Assembly: GCA_002189035.1 (NCBI GenBank)
Contig: NEEC01000015.1
Coordinates: 1,550,001-1,614,000, forward strand
Length of the DNA stretch: 64,000 bases
DNA from: Utricularia gibba
Taxonomy: Eukaryota; Plantae; Magnoliophyta
Reading direction: 5' to 3'
Made by a program: the position numbers and the translations under genes. This document shows positions 22,801-44,240 of this stretch, in pieces; the stretch's first letter is position 1; each line of letters starts with the position of its first letter. The notes under the pieces were generated by a model, which made no database searches, was not told the DNA's origin, and saw only the letters and a list, made by a program, of their open reading frames with translations.

Positions 22801-25800
22801 ATTTTTTCTACAAAGAGTATAGCATGCTAATGATATTTAGTGCATCTTTTTTGTATTAAATGTAAGGAATTCGTGCATGCTCTCTCACATCGGTCAGAGC
22901 AACCTTTGTGCACTTGTTAGGGGGATTTTTTTTTCTTTAGGTATCTTCTATGTAAATTTCACTGAACACGTACATCTAGATGAACCACCTTTCTATGTTC
23001 TCACTGTTAACAGAAAGTATACGCAATAAGATATTCTTTGTTTTAAGGGCCGTTTATGCAAAGTATTTGCTAGACGGAATTCCTCCATTAATCAGTTTCA
23101 GTAGGATGCTGATTTTGTCTGGTGTGGCTAAAGAGAAGGTCAACAACAAGAGTTTGTGTGTGTGTTTCCAACAATCCGTTATGTTATTTTTCAAGTTAAA
23201 TCCTTGCCCTCATTCATTTTTAAGCTTGAGTTCGTTGTCGCAATATCATATTTCTGTATTGCGTGCACCTTGCCATACTTTTAATCTTGCATTTATTATG
23301 AATTTTGATATTATTCTTCTTCATGATAGTCTGTCGCTTACGTTTTTAACGGATCGTGATTTCTTGAGCTTATATGGGAGGTTCTAATACTCTTGACATT
23401 GATATGCATGATCCTGTTATTTAGAGAAGACTTGAGAGTACCTATTGCATTGCCATTGCATACTATGTTATTGAGTGACTGTTACTACTCCTGTTTATTT
23501 CTGGAGATTATAATTTCATCGATGAATGGTGCAGTGGCTTGATCCCCCCAGTTAATTGTAAGGTTAATGTTGCTTGATATTATCTTTATGTATGCAGGAC
23601 TGGGTTTACTCGTTTTCTTAGATATTGTTCACTCCTATGCTGCGGCTGATGAAATGGTCGGCTTGTCATTTTTTGATGGATCAAATGATTGCTATTTCCA
23701 TTCCGGTAAAATGTCTTGCATATTTCATCTCTGATTCATTTTGGAAATCATCCGCAATGAAAAATATTGATAAATTAACACATGCTGTCTGAGGATTTAA
23801 CGTTGGACATAATTACATTTTCCAGTTTGTTCACTAACTCATCATTTTGTTTGTTCTTCCAGAATTGTGTGCATAAGAAGAAAATGCCCACAGTTGTTTG
23901 AATTTTAAAATTTGATTAGCTTTGCCGTTAAAATCTTTTTATGAGCTTCCTTTTATAGGGAAAAGAGGCCAGCATAAACATTGGGGTACAAGAATGTTCA
24001 AATATGGAGATCATGATGTGTTGCATTTCCTTATTTCGAATTTGAACTGGTAATCATGTGAAACCATCTTTGCCATGATGTTCTAAAGATTCGTTTTGAG
24101 TTCTGTGTGTTTCTTGTGCATATCAATAAAAGCCATTTCTCATTGTATCTTGATTATTTTTCATTTCACCATCCTTTGTATGGTGACTCTTTCTAGGTGG
24201 ATGGTGGAATACAAGATTGATGGTTTCTACTTTCATTCTCTTTCATCAATGATGTACACTCACAATGGGTTTGCGACTTTCACTGGTGATATACAAGAGT
24301 AAGATGTCAAAAGTATCTTGCTATTTGGATGTGAATCATTTGTAATTATCTTTTTTTCCCTTTATATTGATTTACATTTTCAGGCTACCAGTGTAACTGA
24401 TATATGTGCGGTAACTATTTTCTTTTCTTTTTCCCAGGTTCTGTAATCAATATGTGGATAATGATGCTATGTTGTATCTCATATCAGCAAATGAAATTCT
24501 ACATGTTCTTAATCCCAACGTGGTGACCATTGCTGAAGATGTACGAAGTTCAAATGGCTGTTTGTGAATCATCTCTAGTTGTGCTTGATTTTTCTCCAGT
24601 AATAAAAAGTTGTGTTTAAATTTTCTAGTTCGTTACTTGTTATAGAATGTCTGAATCATGTTTTTGCCCAAACTATGCTGGATGTGGCATGTTTATATTC
24701 CTTTTGGATCTTGAACTCTTCATTTGATGGATTTGCTAGGTCACACTTTATCCTGGTCTCTGCGAGCCAGCTTCTCAAGGCGGTCTGGGATTTGATTATT
24801 TTGTTAATGTATCAGCATCAGAATTGTGGTTGTCATTCCTTGTGAATGTTCCTCATCGAGAATGGAGTATGAGTAAGGTTGTGACACTTCAATGCACGTA
24901 GGAAATGAATATGTAGTGAAAAAATCAATCTTTGAATTGTTTAGATTGTGAGCACACTCATTGGAAACAAGCTTATGGCAGACAAGATGCTGTTATATGC
25001 TGAAAATCACAATCAGGTATGTTGATTATGTTTGTGGTACTGGCTCTTTACCCGCATGGGAATTTTCTTTTCTCTGGACACTTGATTCAGTTTCCCGGAT
25101 CAGTAAGTTATTATGTGTAGGACCATATTTTTTTCATGATAAATCTCGTTTCCTTCTTTCTACACCAGTCAATTTCACGGGGGCAGTCATTTGCAGAGAT
25201 ACTCTTTGGTTCATCTAACTCTGAAGAGTCCCGTCATAGGGGTTGTGCACTCCATAAGGTAGTAAGGATATGTACTTCACATTCATGTTTCTACTCTCTG
25301 GCCCTTTTGCGTCACTTACTGCTTGCTAATGTATCTTTGTTTTACTATTCACTGTCTCCCAAACTCCAAGTATTGAAGTATAATTTTCCCTGTCCCCGCT
25401 GCCTGTAGATCTCAAGCTTAAGTTTTCACTTTACAGATGATCCGTTTAATCACATTTACAATTGGAGGATCTGCATATCTTAGCTTCATGGGAAATGAAT
25501 TTGGCCATCCAAAGGTGAATTTGGCCACCCTTTAGCGTCTCCATTATGATGATGAACTTTTCCTTATGACTTACCTTCTTGTTACAGAGGGTGGAGTTCC
25601 CAATGGCTAGCAACAATTTTTCCTATGAACTTGCTAACCGCAGATGGCAGCTTTTGGAAGATGAATTTCACTACAAGCTGTTTGCTTTTGAGAAGGTATG
25701 CTAAAACTATCAGCCATGCTATTTCAGTTTGTCAGCATTGAAGCTGGATATTCTTTGCGCCGGTTCCAAGCCTAGATAGATGGGGCTGGCTGCCAAATTG

Positions 25801-26766
25801 TATAGCCCTGTTTCATTCTCTGAAAACCGATCATATGCATGATGTTCCATTGATGACCTCTGCTTAGCTATATCTTTCTTCCTTTCCCCTGATCAGATTT
25901 TCAACTTTCCCTTCAACAATGGTTCTGAGAAATGAAGCATGTTTTTTACGTAGGACATGATGAAACTGGATTCGGATGATAAAATACTTCAAAGGGGACG
26001 TCTTCCAGATATTCACCATGTTGATGATGCTTCAATGGTGATATTACTGTTTTTTCTTTCCTCTCGTGTCACACAAATGGCTCTTTAATCGGTGTCTTGC
26101 GGGTGGAATAGGTGATATGTTACTTGCGAGGTCCCTTTGTCTTCATCTTCAACTTCCACCCTTCAAAGTCCTACGAAGGATACTGTGTTGGTGTTGAAGA
26201 AGCTGGGGAATACAAAGTAAGCTAAGCCAATTCTGCTGAATCTTCTGTAGTCACATTGCTCCATTTTTTTGAGTTGCTCTTGACTTCGATGCCTGCAGTT
26301 AATTTTAAACACCGATGAATCCTTTTACGGTGGACAAGGATTAATCGACGCGAGCCAGTACATCCAGAGATCTTCTATACGCAAGTGAGTTAGCTCTGAG
26401 CTTGTTCTGTCGCAGCAGCACTTTGAAAGCTGGTTTTGTTATCATCTCACTTACAAAACATTTGCAGCAAAACACAAACCAACCTTTCCAAAGCTGCAAA
26501 AGAGCAAGCTTTTTTATCCCATTTCAGTCTTCCCTTTGCAAGCATATATATCATGTTTTGCATAAATCATACACAGGAGCGACAGTAAAAGGTTTTCCCT
26601 GAAACTCCCACTTCCAAGCAGAACTGCACAGGTCAGTGAAAGCTAACACACATGCATTGCAAATGCTGTTGTCATGAAGCCACACAAATGACTGAGATCT
26701 TGTGTATGGTTTTTTACTGATCTGGTGATACAGGTGTACAAGCTGACTCGAATTCATAGGATATAG
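19844..26766 (+). CDS. SBE3: 1,4-alpha-glucan branching enzyme class III (plastidial; Arabidopsis BE1/EMB2729 type)
   Basis: Transit peptide, then [85 protein letters not shown] and the final exon [10 protein letters not shown] (26734-26766). The exon phases I checked were consistent. Confidence 0.93.
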
Positions 26767-27182
26767 CTGAACGGGCCCAATGCCTTTAGGAGGAACCAAT
26801 GGAAGGCCTTCTGTTGGAATACAGTAGGTTTGAAGAACTCGACCGTTAGGAATCAGTCTATGGTTTCAGATGGAGGCTGGCCGACAGGCAACAAGGCAAG
26901 ACATGTGTACCAAGTTAGTTATCTTTGTAGATCCATCACTTTTTGATCAAGTGTATGTGCTAGCAGCATGGGTGGGAGTGTCCGTGGCCGTACAGTTTTT
27001 CGGGAACCCCAATAAATTTGGATAAAGATATTTTCAATATTTGTTACCTGATAATATAAAATGTGAATTTTTCAAACATGTTAATAAAAAAATAATACTT
27101 GAAACAAATGCCTAACTTTAAAGAAAAGTATGTTGTATACCAATGGTGCGCCAACTTGTATTTTTCCCCAAAATGAAAAGGC

Positions 27183-29261
27183 TCACTTTCTCCCGTTGCA
27201 GACGTCGCATGGAGTGTAACCAAGTCCATCGCAATACGGGCACTTTGCCCTTTCATCTATCCACTCCAGAAACTGCAGCTCAACAAATTATAAACATATC
27301 AAAATCAGCTTTTAACCCATCTATCAATTTTTTCTTTGTTAGATGTACCTGAGGTTCGATGTTTGGCTCCCCTGTGCCGTCACATTCTGCAGGAAAAATC
27401 CATTGAAACATGGAAAGACCCATCAACCACAAAATTGTGTTGGCTCCCATGAGGAGAATAATAGGTGATATAACAGAGAGGGAGTGTCCTTTAACGCACC
27501 CATGCACAATACGCGGCCTTCTCCACGACATGAGACGCATGTTGTTGCTACACTTGTAGTTGTTTTCTTGTCTACAGTTTTCTTGCTTCCTTTCGTAAGC
27601 CTGGAGGGTTCCTCCCATCTGTTTTCTCCAAGAAGGAAAACTCTCCCTCGAGAAACTTCATGTTCTCCTACACCTCCATCAGTTGTTGCAATAGTTTGCT
27701 CTACTTGAGAAAGGTCTTCAGTGGCGGCCACTGGTGCAGCATTTGCAATCTGGGGGAATCGGAGATTGAGGGGATTCATTCCGTTCTGATCAATTAAATA
27801 AGTGCACCATACCTTGGTAGAACTAGCTCCCACACCATCTCGATTTATCTTAACCGCAGAACTAGAAGCATTGAATAATCTGTCTAAAAGTTCATTAGTC
27901 ATAATGCCAGTTTCTGGTTCTCCTAGTGTGGCCTGAAAATGCAACACAGTGCACAGGTTAATTCTCACATTCTTCGTGGAAAATGAGACATGACTTCTTT
28001 CGGATAATCTTTCAGTATGGTTATTGAAATGGAACATACTTGCCAGGTTTTCACTGCACGCTCAGTTCCACTAGAAAAGCTGCAATACTCCATATCCTCT
28101 TCGCCAGAGTAAAATCCAAGTCTCAACAAAGCCTCCTATCAAACCCAATGAGGAAAGCAGGGGGGATTTGAACTCAAAAAATAGACATCAGACAGCAAGT
28201 TAATCAAAATGATGTCAATATTCATTTACATCACAACTGACGGGACCGTTGTACCAATGAAGGAAATAAGGTTCAACTCTATACCCTTATCAAATAATCC
28301 ACATCAGGTTCAGAACAATAGCATAAATATGTTTGACGGATTAAACAGAAAGCGTCACTATAGTGGAAGGCAATGCATACCTGCATAGCTCGAACATCAT
28401 CTCCTTCTGCTCCTTTCTGCAACGCATGTCTCCTTTTCGTGGTTTCGGTTTTGTTAGAAACGCTGATTAGTTCCTCAATGACAACTTCTTTGCTCTCTGA
28501 AGTGGATTCAACCACTAGCGGCAGAGCACTCGAACCAGACTCGGTGATTCTGCTCACATTTTTTCCCAAGTCTCCTTCCTGCACAGCCTGAAAAATGCAG
28601 ATTAGTAGAGTAGTTGATCAGCTAAGGAAGGTTTTCTAACGGCCATATCGCCATGTATAATTAAACCGTAGAATATCTTGCGAACCCTATTTCTCCCTCC
28701 TACCAAAAAATACAAGCACAAACATACAAAAACATAGCCAAACAAGAAAAGAAACAACTGATGATCGAAATTCAAACATTTGCCTACATCTCAATCCAAA
28801 AATATACAACTTTAGACCACTAACAACGAATTCATGATCCATACGATGATTCCAAAGCAGGAAATTAAAAGCTTCGCAGAGATGTGTCATTCACCGATAA
28901 ACGAAACCAACCTGCGTACCTGCAACAATTTGGCGACGTGGGCAACAATTTCAGGGACTGGAGCCCCATTGATGGAATTAAGTCTCTCAAGCTCTTCTAT
29001 TCTTTCCTTTAGGCTGCGTATTTCCTGCAGCAAGGCATGGCGCTCGTCTTTCCACCGCTGCTCCTCCCGCAGCCAACGGTGCTCCTCCCTAATCCACCTC
29101 TGCTCCTCCCTGAGCCAGCGTGCTTCCTCGCCAATCGGAGAATGGTCTGGAACAGAGAATCCGAAACATACTTTAGATTTCCGGCGCGCTGAAGTGAGTA
29201 AAGGCGACGATTTGTGAGAAAAGGCGAAGTTGGAGGGTGAAGCATGTAGGGAGGAGAGCAT
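27183..29261 (-). CDS. PTAC5: Plastid transcriptionally active chromosome protein 5 (peptidoglycan-binding-like domain plus DnaJ-type Zn finger)
   Basis: Exons 29261-28920, 28587-28381, 28135-28040, 27932-27500, 27386-27349, 27272-27183. EEARWLREEQRW repeats, LQKGAEGDDVRAMQEALLRLGFYSGEEDMEY, RVFLLGENRWEEPSRL, CVSCRGEGRVLCMECDGTGEPNIEPQFLEWIDERAKCPYCDGLG. Confidence 0.92.
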
Positions 29262-30156
29262 TTCGCGGAGGAACTTGAAATCTGAATATTATTTTTTTTA
29301 TTATTAAGAATTTAAATGGTTATATATATTTATGGATATTAATTAAAAGTTTTAGCTCCATTTCGCTCCTCAACAATCTCATCCGCCATCCAACTAACCT
29401 TTTTCAAAGGTCTGTAAAATTGCATTTCAATATAATTTAAATTAAAATATATTTGATCTGAAGTGCATTGAAATTAAGCATAATTTATTAATATTTCAGT
29501 TAATTTGATATGAATTGCATTTGAAAATAATTTAGCCTAATTTCCATAATATTAATGGGGGTGAACTAAGTCTTTTAAAAATGGGATTAAGTCATCTTTT
29601 GATATAATTATGAATTTGGATTGAATATTTTTATATAAATTTAATTAAATTCAATAATTCTAATTATATTTGAAAATATTTTAATAAATAAAACAAATTA
29701 AATCTAATCTCTATAATTTTTTTTAAAAAAAACTTATGAAGGGGGCTTGAGTTAATTTTGAATTCTATGGATTGAATATGAATTAAACCTAATAAAACCA
29801 TTTCATTAATTCTAGAGAAGCAGTATGATATGAATCAATGTAGCTTTGCAAGCACAGCATGGTCATTAAAAGTGAATCATCACATGACAGGAAAGGAGTC
29901 CAGATCATGGCACATGGTGTACACTGCACAAGTATGAGACAACGTAGAACCCCATCATATCATTAATCATATCCCAAGAGTCGAAGCAAAAGCATAAGTG
30001 AGAAACACTTGTTAGTGACGAAGCATCATGAATCACTAACTATACAACATTATCATTTCAACTATGCTTTAGGAGCAGGACTACAAATTACAATCATGCA
30101 TCAGATACAGAAAAAGGAACAGCACATGATATCTCTGTTTGTGTGTGTATGTGTAT

Positions 30157-30172
30157 GGGGGGGGGGGGGGGG
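30157..30172. repeat. G16 homopolymer preceded by a (GT)-rich stretch
   Basis: Directly visible, just past the BAGP1 stop codon. Confidence 0.85.
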
Positions 30173-30198
30173 CAAGCACTTGAGGGAAAATGCCCGTT

Positions 30199-37218
<7,020 letters not shown>

Positions 37219-38232
37219 CTCTACTCCCAACTAGAGGAGAAAATGGAACAGGATCGGGAGCCCCGCGGCCAAATCCGCGATTAAAGTGTGCAGCTTTCGG
37301 CGCATAACATGGAGAACAGGACGTTATGAAATGAAATTGGGATGGGAATTGGGATCCTCTTTGCAAATTCACTTACCAGAGGGGGAAATAATAACGACAC
37401 AAAAACACCATTAATAATAATAATGAATACAAAAAAAGGATAATAATGTCCTGCGGTCAAAAAACAACCCATTTATAGTAATTACCTTTAAAAAATGAAA
37501 AAAAAAAGGAAATGGGTTTGAACTTGGGGTTTTGCCGTTGACGTAGACGGAGGTTCCTTGAAGCGGAGGATACCAACTGTTCTGTACATCTTCCACACTC
37601 TTCTCCTCCAACAATAAAAGAACTTATGTTAGATATTTTGCCATTGAACAAAATATCTTGTTTCATAATATATTGAAAAAATAGTGTTTCAATCAGAATT
37701 GAATCGTGATAAAATTAGTTTAAATTTAAATTGTTTTAAAATAAAAACATAAATTATGTTTGTAACATTATTTTTCTGTTTTTTTTTTTGAAAATTTTCA
37801 AAATAGTTTCATTCTGGAATTTTGGTTGTTAAATCCATTTGGAAATCTGAAATTTTTGGAAATTTCGCACATTGTTCGTGAGAGCAACTGCCAAGAGCCT
37901 AAAACCAGGACTCAGGTAGTTCATTGACACTAGAGAAGTGGCTGAAAGTGTAGTCTGGAAGTGCAGGCGGCGGCGAGAGGCCATGACGGCGGCGACGGTG
38001 GCCAAAGATGTGTGAACGCCCATCGGAGTAAAATAATCACTACTGACACAAGGGACGTGAAACCCCAAATTGAATTACCATCATCACTCCATATGATCTT
38101 ACCAACATCAAAAAAAGGGAGAGCTGTCTAAGCACATGGCATGACCCGCGGATCAATTTGGCCACCGCAACGGACCCGTGAATAAAATATTGACGAACAA
38201 AAGGAAACATCTTTTGACCCACCTGCGGCTCC

Positions 38233-41200
38233 TCATGGAGAATATTCGAATGGTTGAGGGGGTGCAGGTTCTTCATCAACAGGCATGGCTGAGGAAGCAG
38301 CCGGCTGCCGAGTGGCTGAGGCACCGGCGTTGGATGCTGTTGATGAAGGTGCATCGGTGAGGGATAACTCTTCCGGTTCGTTTGGATGCAGATCCTTCAG
38401 CAGCACGAAACCTGATGGTGCCATCTTGATTGGAACATATCTGCTTTCCTCTAGAAATCTGATGTATTTTTCCTGGGCAGGAACAACTCGAGCAGGATTT
38501 GTCAGTATTTCATATGATGCCTCAGGCTCCACCTTCTTTTCTGGAACGCTATCAACCTGACAACAAAGGGGAAAGAAAAAAGGATAGCGGCAGGTTCAGA
38601 GCAGTGTGTCATCAAGTTATGGGTTTGCAAGAAATCTTTAGGGGAAAAGTGAAGAGTGAAACCAACCTTCATGGAGTCTCCATCCTTGTCGCCTGCCTTG
38701 AGCTTTGCAGCGCTCATTTCTCCCTTCTCAGATGCTTTTTCAGCCTCCTTCTTGCTAGACCTTGCCTTGGCTCTTGCTGATGTAGATAGAATTGCGGTAG
38801 AAAGTTTGACTGCCGATGTGGTGGTGGCTACAGTAGTAGGCTTTGGATACTCGAACAATGATGGCTTAGCATTTGATAAGAATTCAAACTTCGGAACTTT
38901 CAGGTCACCATTCAACCCAATAAACGCGGTGGGGGAGAAGGCCAAGCTAATGAAGTATATGAGAGGGTACCAGTACCAAAACTGGCTGAATACAGCAAGG
39001 CCCACAACTGCAGTGATCTTATCGTGCTTCGTCTTGGAAAACAGCTTAAAGGTTACATTCCTTCCACCAGCATCAAGAATTCCAGAAGCTAAAATTGCAC
39101 CCATCTTGCTCATAGTGTCTTCATGTTTATCAAGAATGATTTTTTCCAACTGACGCCTGAAAAATTAAGAAGGTTAAATCTGGACGGAAGCACAGGTTGA
39201 AAAGCCGAGTGTCACCTACCTGAATGAGCCTACGCGTGAATCACTGGATTCACTGATCTGGACCATCACCATGGCCATTGCAATTAGAGCACCTTGACGA
39301 ACAAAATCTACAACATCTGATGTCAAAGGCTCTAGCAATGATATTGCCTCGCTCAAACCTGTTCCAGCACAAGAAATTCCAACGGCCAGTGCAGCACCAT
39401 ACCGAACATGTGGATTGTAGGACTCTGATAACAGTGAAACAATTCTAGGTGTCTGCACGGGAAGAAAAAAATCTAAAGTTAAAGAAAGCCAAGTTTCCAT
39501 TGATCAATTTCAGATATTGGAAAGAAATGAAACCTGTTCAGGATCAGAATACAACACGAATCCAAGGGCAAGCACTGCAGTTCGTCTCACGTCATCACTC
39601 ACATCTGAGACAGCAAAGTGCAATAACTGGCGTATAGCCTTGTTGTTTGATGTTCCTCTGTATGCAACAGCCAAAGCATACATTCCGCCGTAACGCAAAA
39701 TTGGGTCCTGGTCACGAGTCATTTGCTCAATGAGCGTGTCAGCTTCCTCCTCTCTACCATACACTGTCAGCGCAATACCTAAGGCCAAACCCCTAAATGC
39801 AGCAAGAAAAGTTAAAAAATGCAAAATTTTTGAGACATCCATGCCCTCAGCAAGTGTCATTTCTACCTGATTATCTTCTCATGCTGAGTTTCATGAGCAT
39901 AAGCAAGCATTTCACCAGCCTTCTCACTAGCTGTCCCAACCATTAGCAAGCCCATACTAATACCTGCTGCTTCCCCAGCAACAGCATTATCAGTGTAGAG
40001 TACATTTTTTATTTCATAAAAAATATCCTCATCTGCAGTACCCAAGGCAGCTAAACCAAGACCTAAGCAGGCACCATGCTGAATTACCTGCGTCATTTAA
40101 AAAACACATAGAGCCACATATTTCTACAAGGCACGAGCAGTTCATATAAATGGAATCTTGTAAGGAAAGCACCAACCTCAACATCAGTGCTCCTCAGGCT
40201 CTCTCGCAAGAAGTTCTTAATGCCTTCCCCGTGGTTTGCATGAATTAAACCAAGGGCATACAAAGCTCCACCTTCAGAGTATGGACTGCTGGCACCACCA
40301 GAAGCACCTTGCGGCAAATAAGGTGCCATAAGAGATCTGCCCTGCTGCAGATGACCTCTGTGGATGACACCAAGGCCTGCTGTTGCACTAAATTTAGCCC
40401 AGTTTGTAGCCCTACTAAGCCAATCCTATCAACCAAATTCAATTTTCAGCCAAAAATGATATACGAAGAATAGAAACTATTGCTTACGATGATAACGTGT
40501 TGTGACAAAAAGGCTCACCAGATTTTCCCTCAGAAATGTATCAACTGTTGTCCCAGCATGCATAATAGCATTAGCATATATTGTCGCACTATGGCAGACA
40601 CTATTTCTCATCTCAATTGACTGCTTTATTGTCTTAAGGATGAGAAGATCTGATCTGGAAGATAAAAGAAAAACATAAATCAATCATATAGGTCACCCAT
40701 ACACACACACAAAACAACATAGAGAGCAGCATGACAGGTGGAAAATAAAAATAATATAGCCTTACTTATTGTGGCTATACAAAAACTGCAGTGTCAGCTG
40801 TATTGAAGTCTCTCCTGATAATATTCCTCTTATTTTAGTTAATCTCTCTGAATATCGCGAATCAGGGCTGGTGCTTGTTGCTATACTGTCAGCTAAATTT
40901 CCATCAGGCATGTCAACATCCTCTGATGCCACGGAATCTCCAATTCTCCCAGAATCTAGATTTTCGGCCTCCAATGATGGTGGAGCCTCTGATGGCACTG
41001 GCTTAGGTTCAGCAAGATAATTTCTCACCTTCAAGAGGAAGGCCTGATGTTCATTCTCAACAAGGTCAAATGCAATCTGAAATGCCAGAAGTGCATCATC
41101 CACATTTTCTGATCGCAAAAGATTCTCCAATATATGAGCCACGCCTTCGGGATCATCTAAGAACATTAAACGCTGGCAGATACTCAAGAAATCTGGAGAA

Positions 41201-43064
41201 GGCAATTGCCGATATACTTTGACGAGAAGTCGGAGCACCTAAAGGCATTTAAAAGGGCATAATTAACTAAAAATTGTGATCAAGATTATCCAAAATTTAC
41301 TAGCATGAGTTTGCATTAGAATATGTTAAAATTACCTCACATCGATATTCCCTTCTGTTGACAAATGAATGAGATAACTCAATGCAATAATTAATCATAG
41401 AATGAACATTATCGCTCCTTATGACAGCTTCCTCAAGCTTATCCAAGCGTCGACATTCAATAGCCATTCCTATTGCTTGCTGGAATTTTCCATCAACAAT
41501 ACACCTGTAGATGAGACAATGGCACCTGAGCAAACAAGCAAAAAGGCTAAACAGTCAATGAAGAATTCATTTCGCACTTATCCAGCATTCTCTCCACAAT
41601 GGCTTCCAGCCTCGGGTCAACCACCACTGATTTATCAGTTGACTCTGCTGCCTTGGTCTTCAGGCTCGCATATTCATCGATTGCCTTGGCTTCAAGAAAC
41701 GAAAATAGATTATCTATCAGCCACTGGCATAAAAATATGAAGAAATCAAAATTACAACATGGGGTGGAAATCTCACCGAGAAGAGTATGAATGTAGTCTG
41801 TATCTTCAGAGACATCAAAAAGGGGACCAGCACCCAGGGCATATGACAATGAGTCATTCAGTTCACCCAAGTAATAGAATACCTTAGAAACAAGCAAGGC
41901 AGCTAGCTGTCGCTCATCAAATTGTTCATCCTCATACAAGCTCTCTCTGCCCTCAAAAAATGAGAAACCTTATTTCTCTTTCAGTGGAAAGTTGATAGTA
42001 AATTCAAGCAAAAAAATATCACATGGAAAGCGCTAATGGAACCATTTATTGACAAGAAAGGAAGCCTATATCAAATGGTAACAATCTGGTAAAAGATTAT
42101 TCAACCGAAAATTAGTGGTGACAAGTAATGCAGAATACAAAAAGAAATGAAGAATTCCAAATGAATGCTCAGAACGCGTATGCATAACGAAAAATTCACT
42201 GTCAAAGGAAAACAATGTTTCCAAAGACAATTCAGGAAAATATTAGTAGCAGCAAAGTTATCCTGTTGAAAGAAAGAGCACATGAAGTGTATAATACAAA
42301 TGAAAGCGTCAAAGTACAAGTTTACAGCAGGTATACATAAATAAGCAACTGAAAGGGCAGTGCAGAGATTAGAAGTATGGCAAGGGAAGCCATGAAAAAT
42401 TAACTATATCACTCCACACATTGTACTGAGCGACTTATGGACAGGATGTTACGAGCAAATTCAAACTACTTTAATCCTGAACTAACACTTAACCCATCCA
42501 GAATTTTGGATACTACGCCTGCATCTATAAGTAAGATTTCCAAGAAATTCATTTTCAGTTATCAATGGTTGAAACTTAAAGATCAACATATCCACGATCC
42601 ACCTAAGGATCCCAATGGCAGCGCACCAGAGAAAACTACAACGTCACGATGACAATTCAATTTTCACATCTTTGAAGGCACCTATACATCAGAGCTTTCA
42701 AAATTGCGAGCACTAGAGAAGTTTAAAACCTTTTGAATCACTTTCAGAGCATACAAAAGCAGACGATACTTATCTAAGAAACTAAATACCCATATAATTG
42801 CAAATTCAAAACTCAAATATAAGACAGAATCTTCAATCCAGAACTAAAACTACCACAAAACCTGAATCTACAAACCGAGCAGAAACGAAAAAATAAGGAG
42901 AGAGTGAGATTACATGATGGGAACAGAGGTGGAGATCTCCGGCCAGAAGTAGTCAACGAAAGCATTCAGGTTGGAGAGGGCGTATAACTTCAGAGCGGGA
43001 TGGCTCTCATTCAGCATCGCAAGCAGTCCCCCGCCGAACTCACCAACGTCGCCGCGGAAGCCAT
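38233..43064 (-). CDS. RPN2: 26S proteasome non-ATPase regulatory subunit 1 (RPN2); apparent 1-nt frameshift near codon 12
   Basis: [12 protein letters not shown](G)[38 protein letters not shown] repeats ([33 protein letters not shown]), C-terminal [13 protein letters not shown]...PPQPFEYSP*. Confidence 0.95.
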
Positions 43065-44240
43065 TTGAAATACTCCGATCAATAGGGTTCCGGCGGTGGG
43101 ATATCGAGACTGGTAGCACGAATGTCGGGGAATTGATGTTTTCGCCGGAGGACGATTTCTTGGGGGAAGGGTTTAGTTCCAGAATAAAGGTGAATCGAAT
43201 ACAACAATCGTTTCATGTTATTTTCTTGGTGGGCCCACATCAACTTAAGGCACCAATTCGACTCTAATTTTGATAATTTCGATTACATAGAAACATAGGC
43301 GTTGAGAATTTGATAAATTCAATTTATACGCCTTTTTAATATTCTTATACATGAATTTCTCATTACATTATCACAAATTGACTTATTTAGAAGAGGAAAT
43401 ATTTTATAGACTCTCGGTATATTTTTGATGATGAAAAAAATACATTTTTTATATTAATGAGCACAAAATTGAAATCCAAATAAGATTTGGAGGGCAATAA
43501 ATCATTCATTCTTCAATCAAAATGCATTGCATTGGAGGAAAAAAGGCCTCGGTGATGCACTCGGGCAGAGCAACTTCTGTCAATTCAGAGTAACAAGTTT
43601 TTGCCCTTCTGAAGAAAGGGCAACACATGTAAGAACGTAGACTAGGGAGCAGAAAAGAAGAAGACGAGGTAAACTCAACTCAGTTTTCAACAAGTTTTTG
43701 TCATATCACACTGCTACAGGTTTATTTTCATCTTCTCTCCATATTTGGCTCCACAGTGTTTGGTTACTGGGGTAAAGATGATGATTCATAGGTAGATGGG
43801 ATAGGGAAGAAACGGCAGCAAGAGTGTATGATCTTGCAGCACTTTAGTGCGGGGAGACCTCAGCCCACATCACTTTTCTGGTAGAAAATTATCAACAAGA
43901 ACAGGAAAAAATGAATGAAGCACATGAGCAGGCAAAGATGTGATCGACAGTTTTCCTCATATACACACAAAGAGATGTCCAACGGAACACTTGCCTCACT
44001 TCATGAGGCTGATAGAAAATGAAAAAAAAAGAATCATCACCTTTCTCATATGATCATATACTGTTACAATGGCAAACACATGGAAAGGGAGAGGGAGGCC
44101 AACAGGCAAGCCCTTGGGCCGCCTCACAAAATCTCGTTATGTATAAAGGACACCTAGAGCAACTGTGTGCTCTCCCTCCCCTTCCCTCTCCCCTGTATAA
44201 GCAGTGATAAAACACCAGGGGGGAAAAAAATACAAGTCCC

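Noticed and set aside
43553-43612. Box C/D snoRNA (GTGATGC...CTGA)
   Set aside because: Imperfect C box, no terminal stem and no recognisable rRNA guide.
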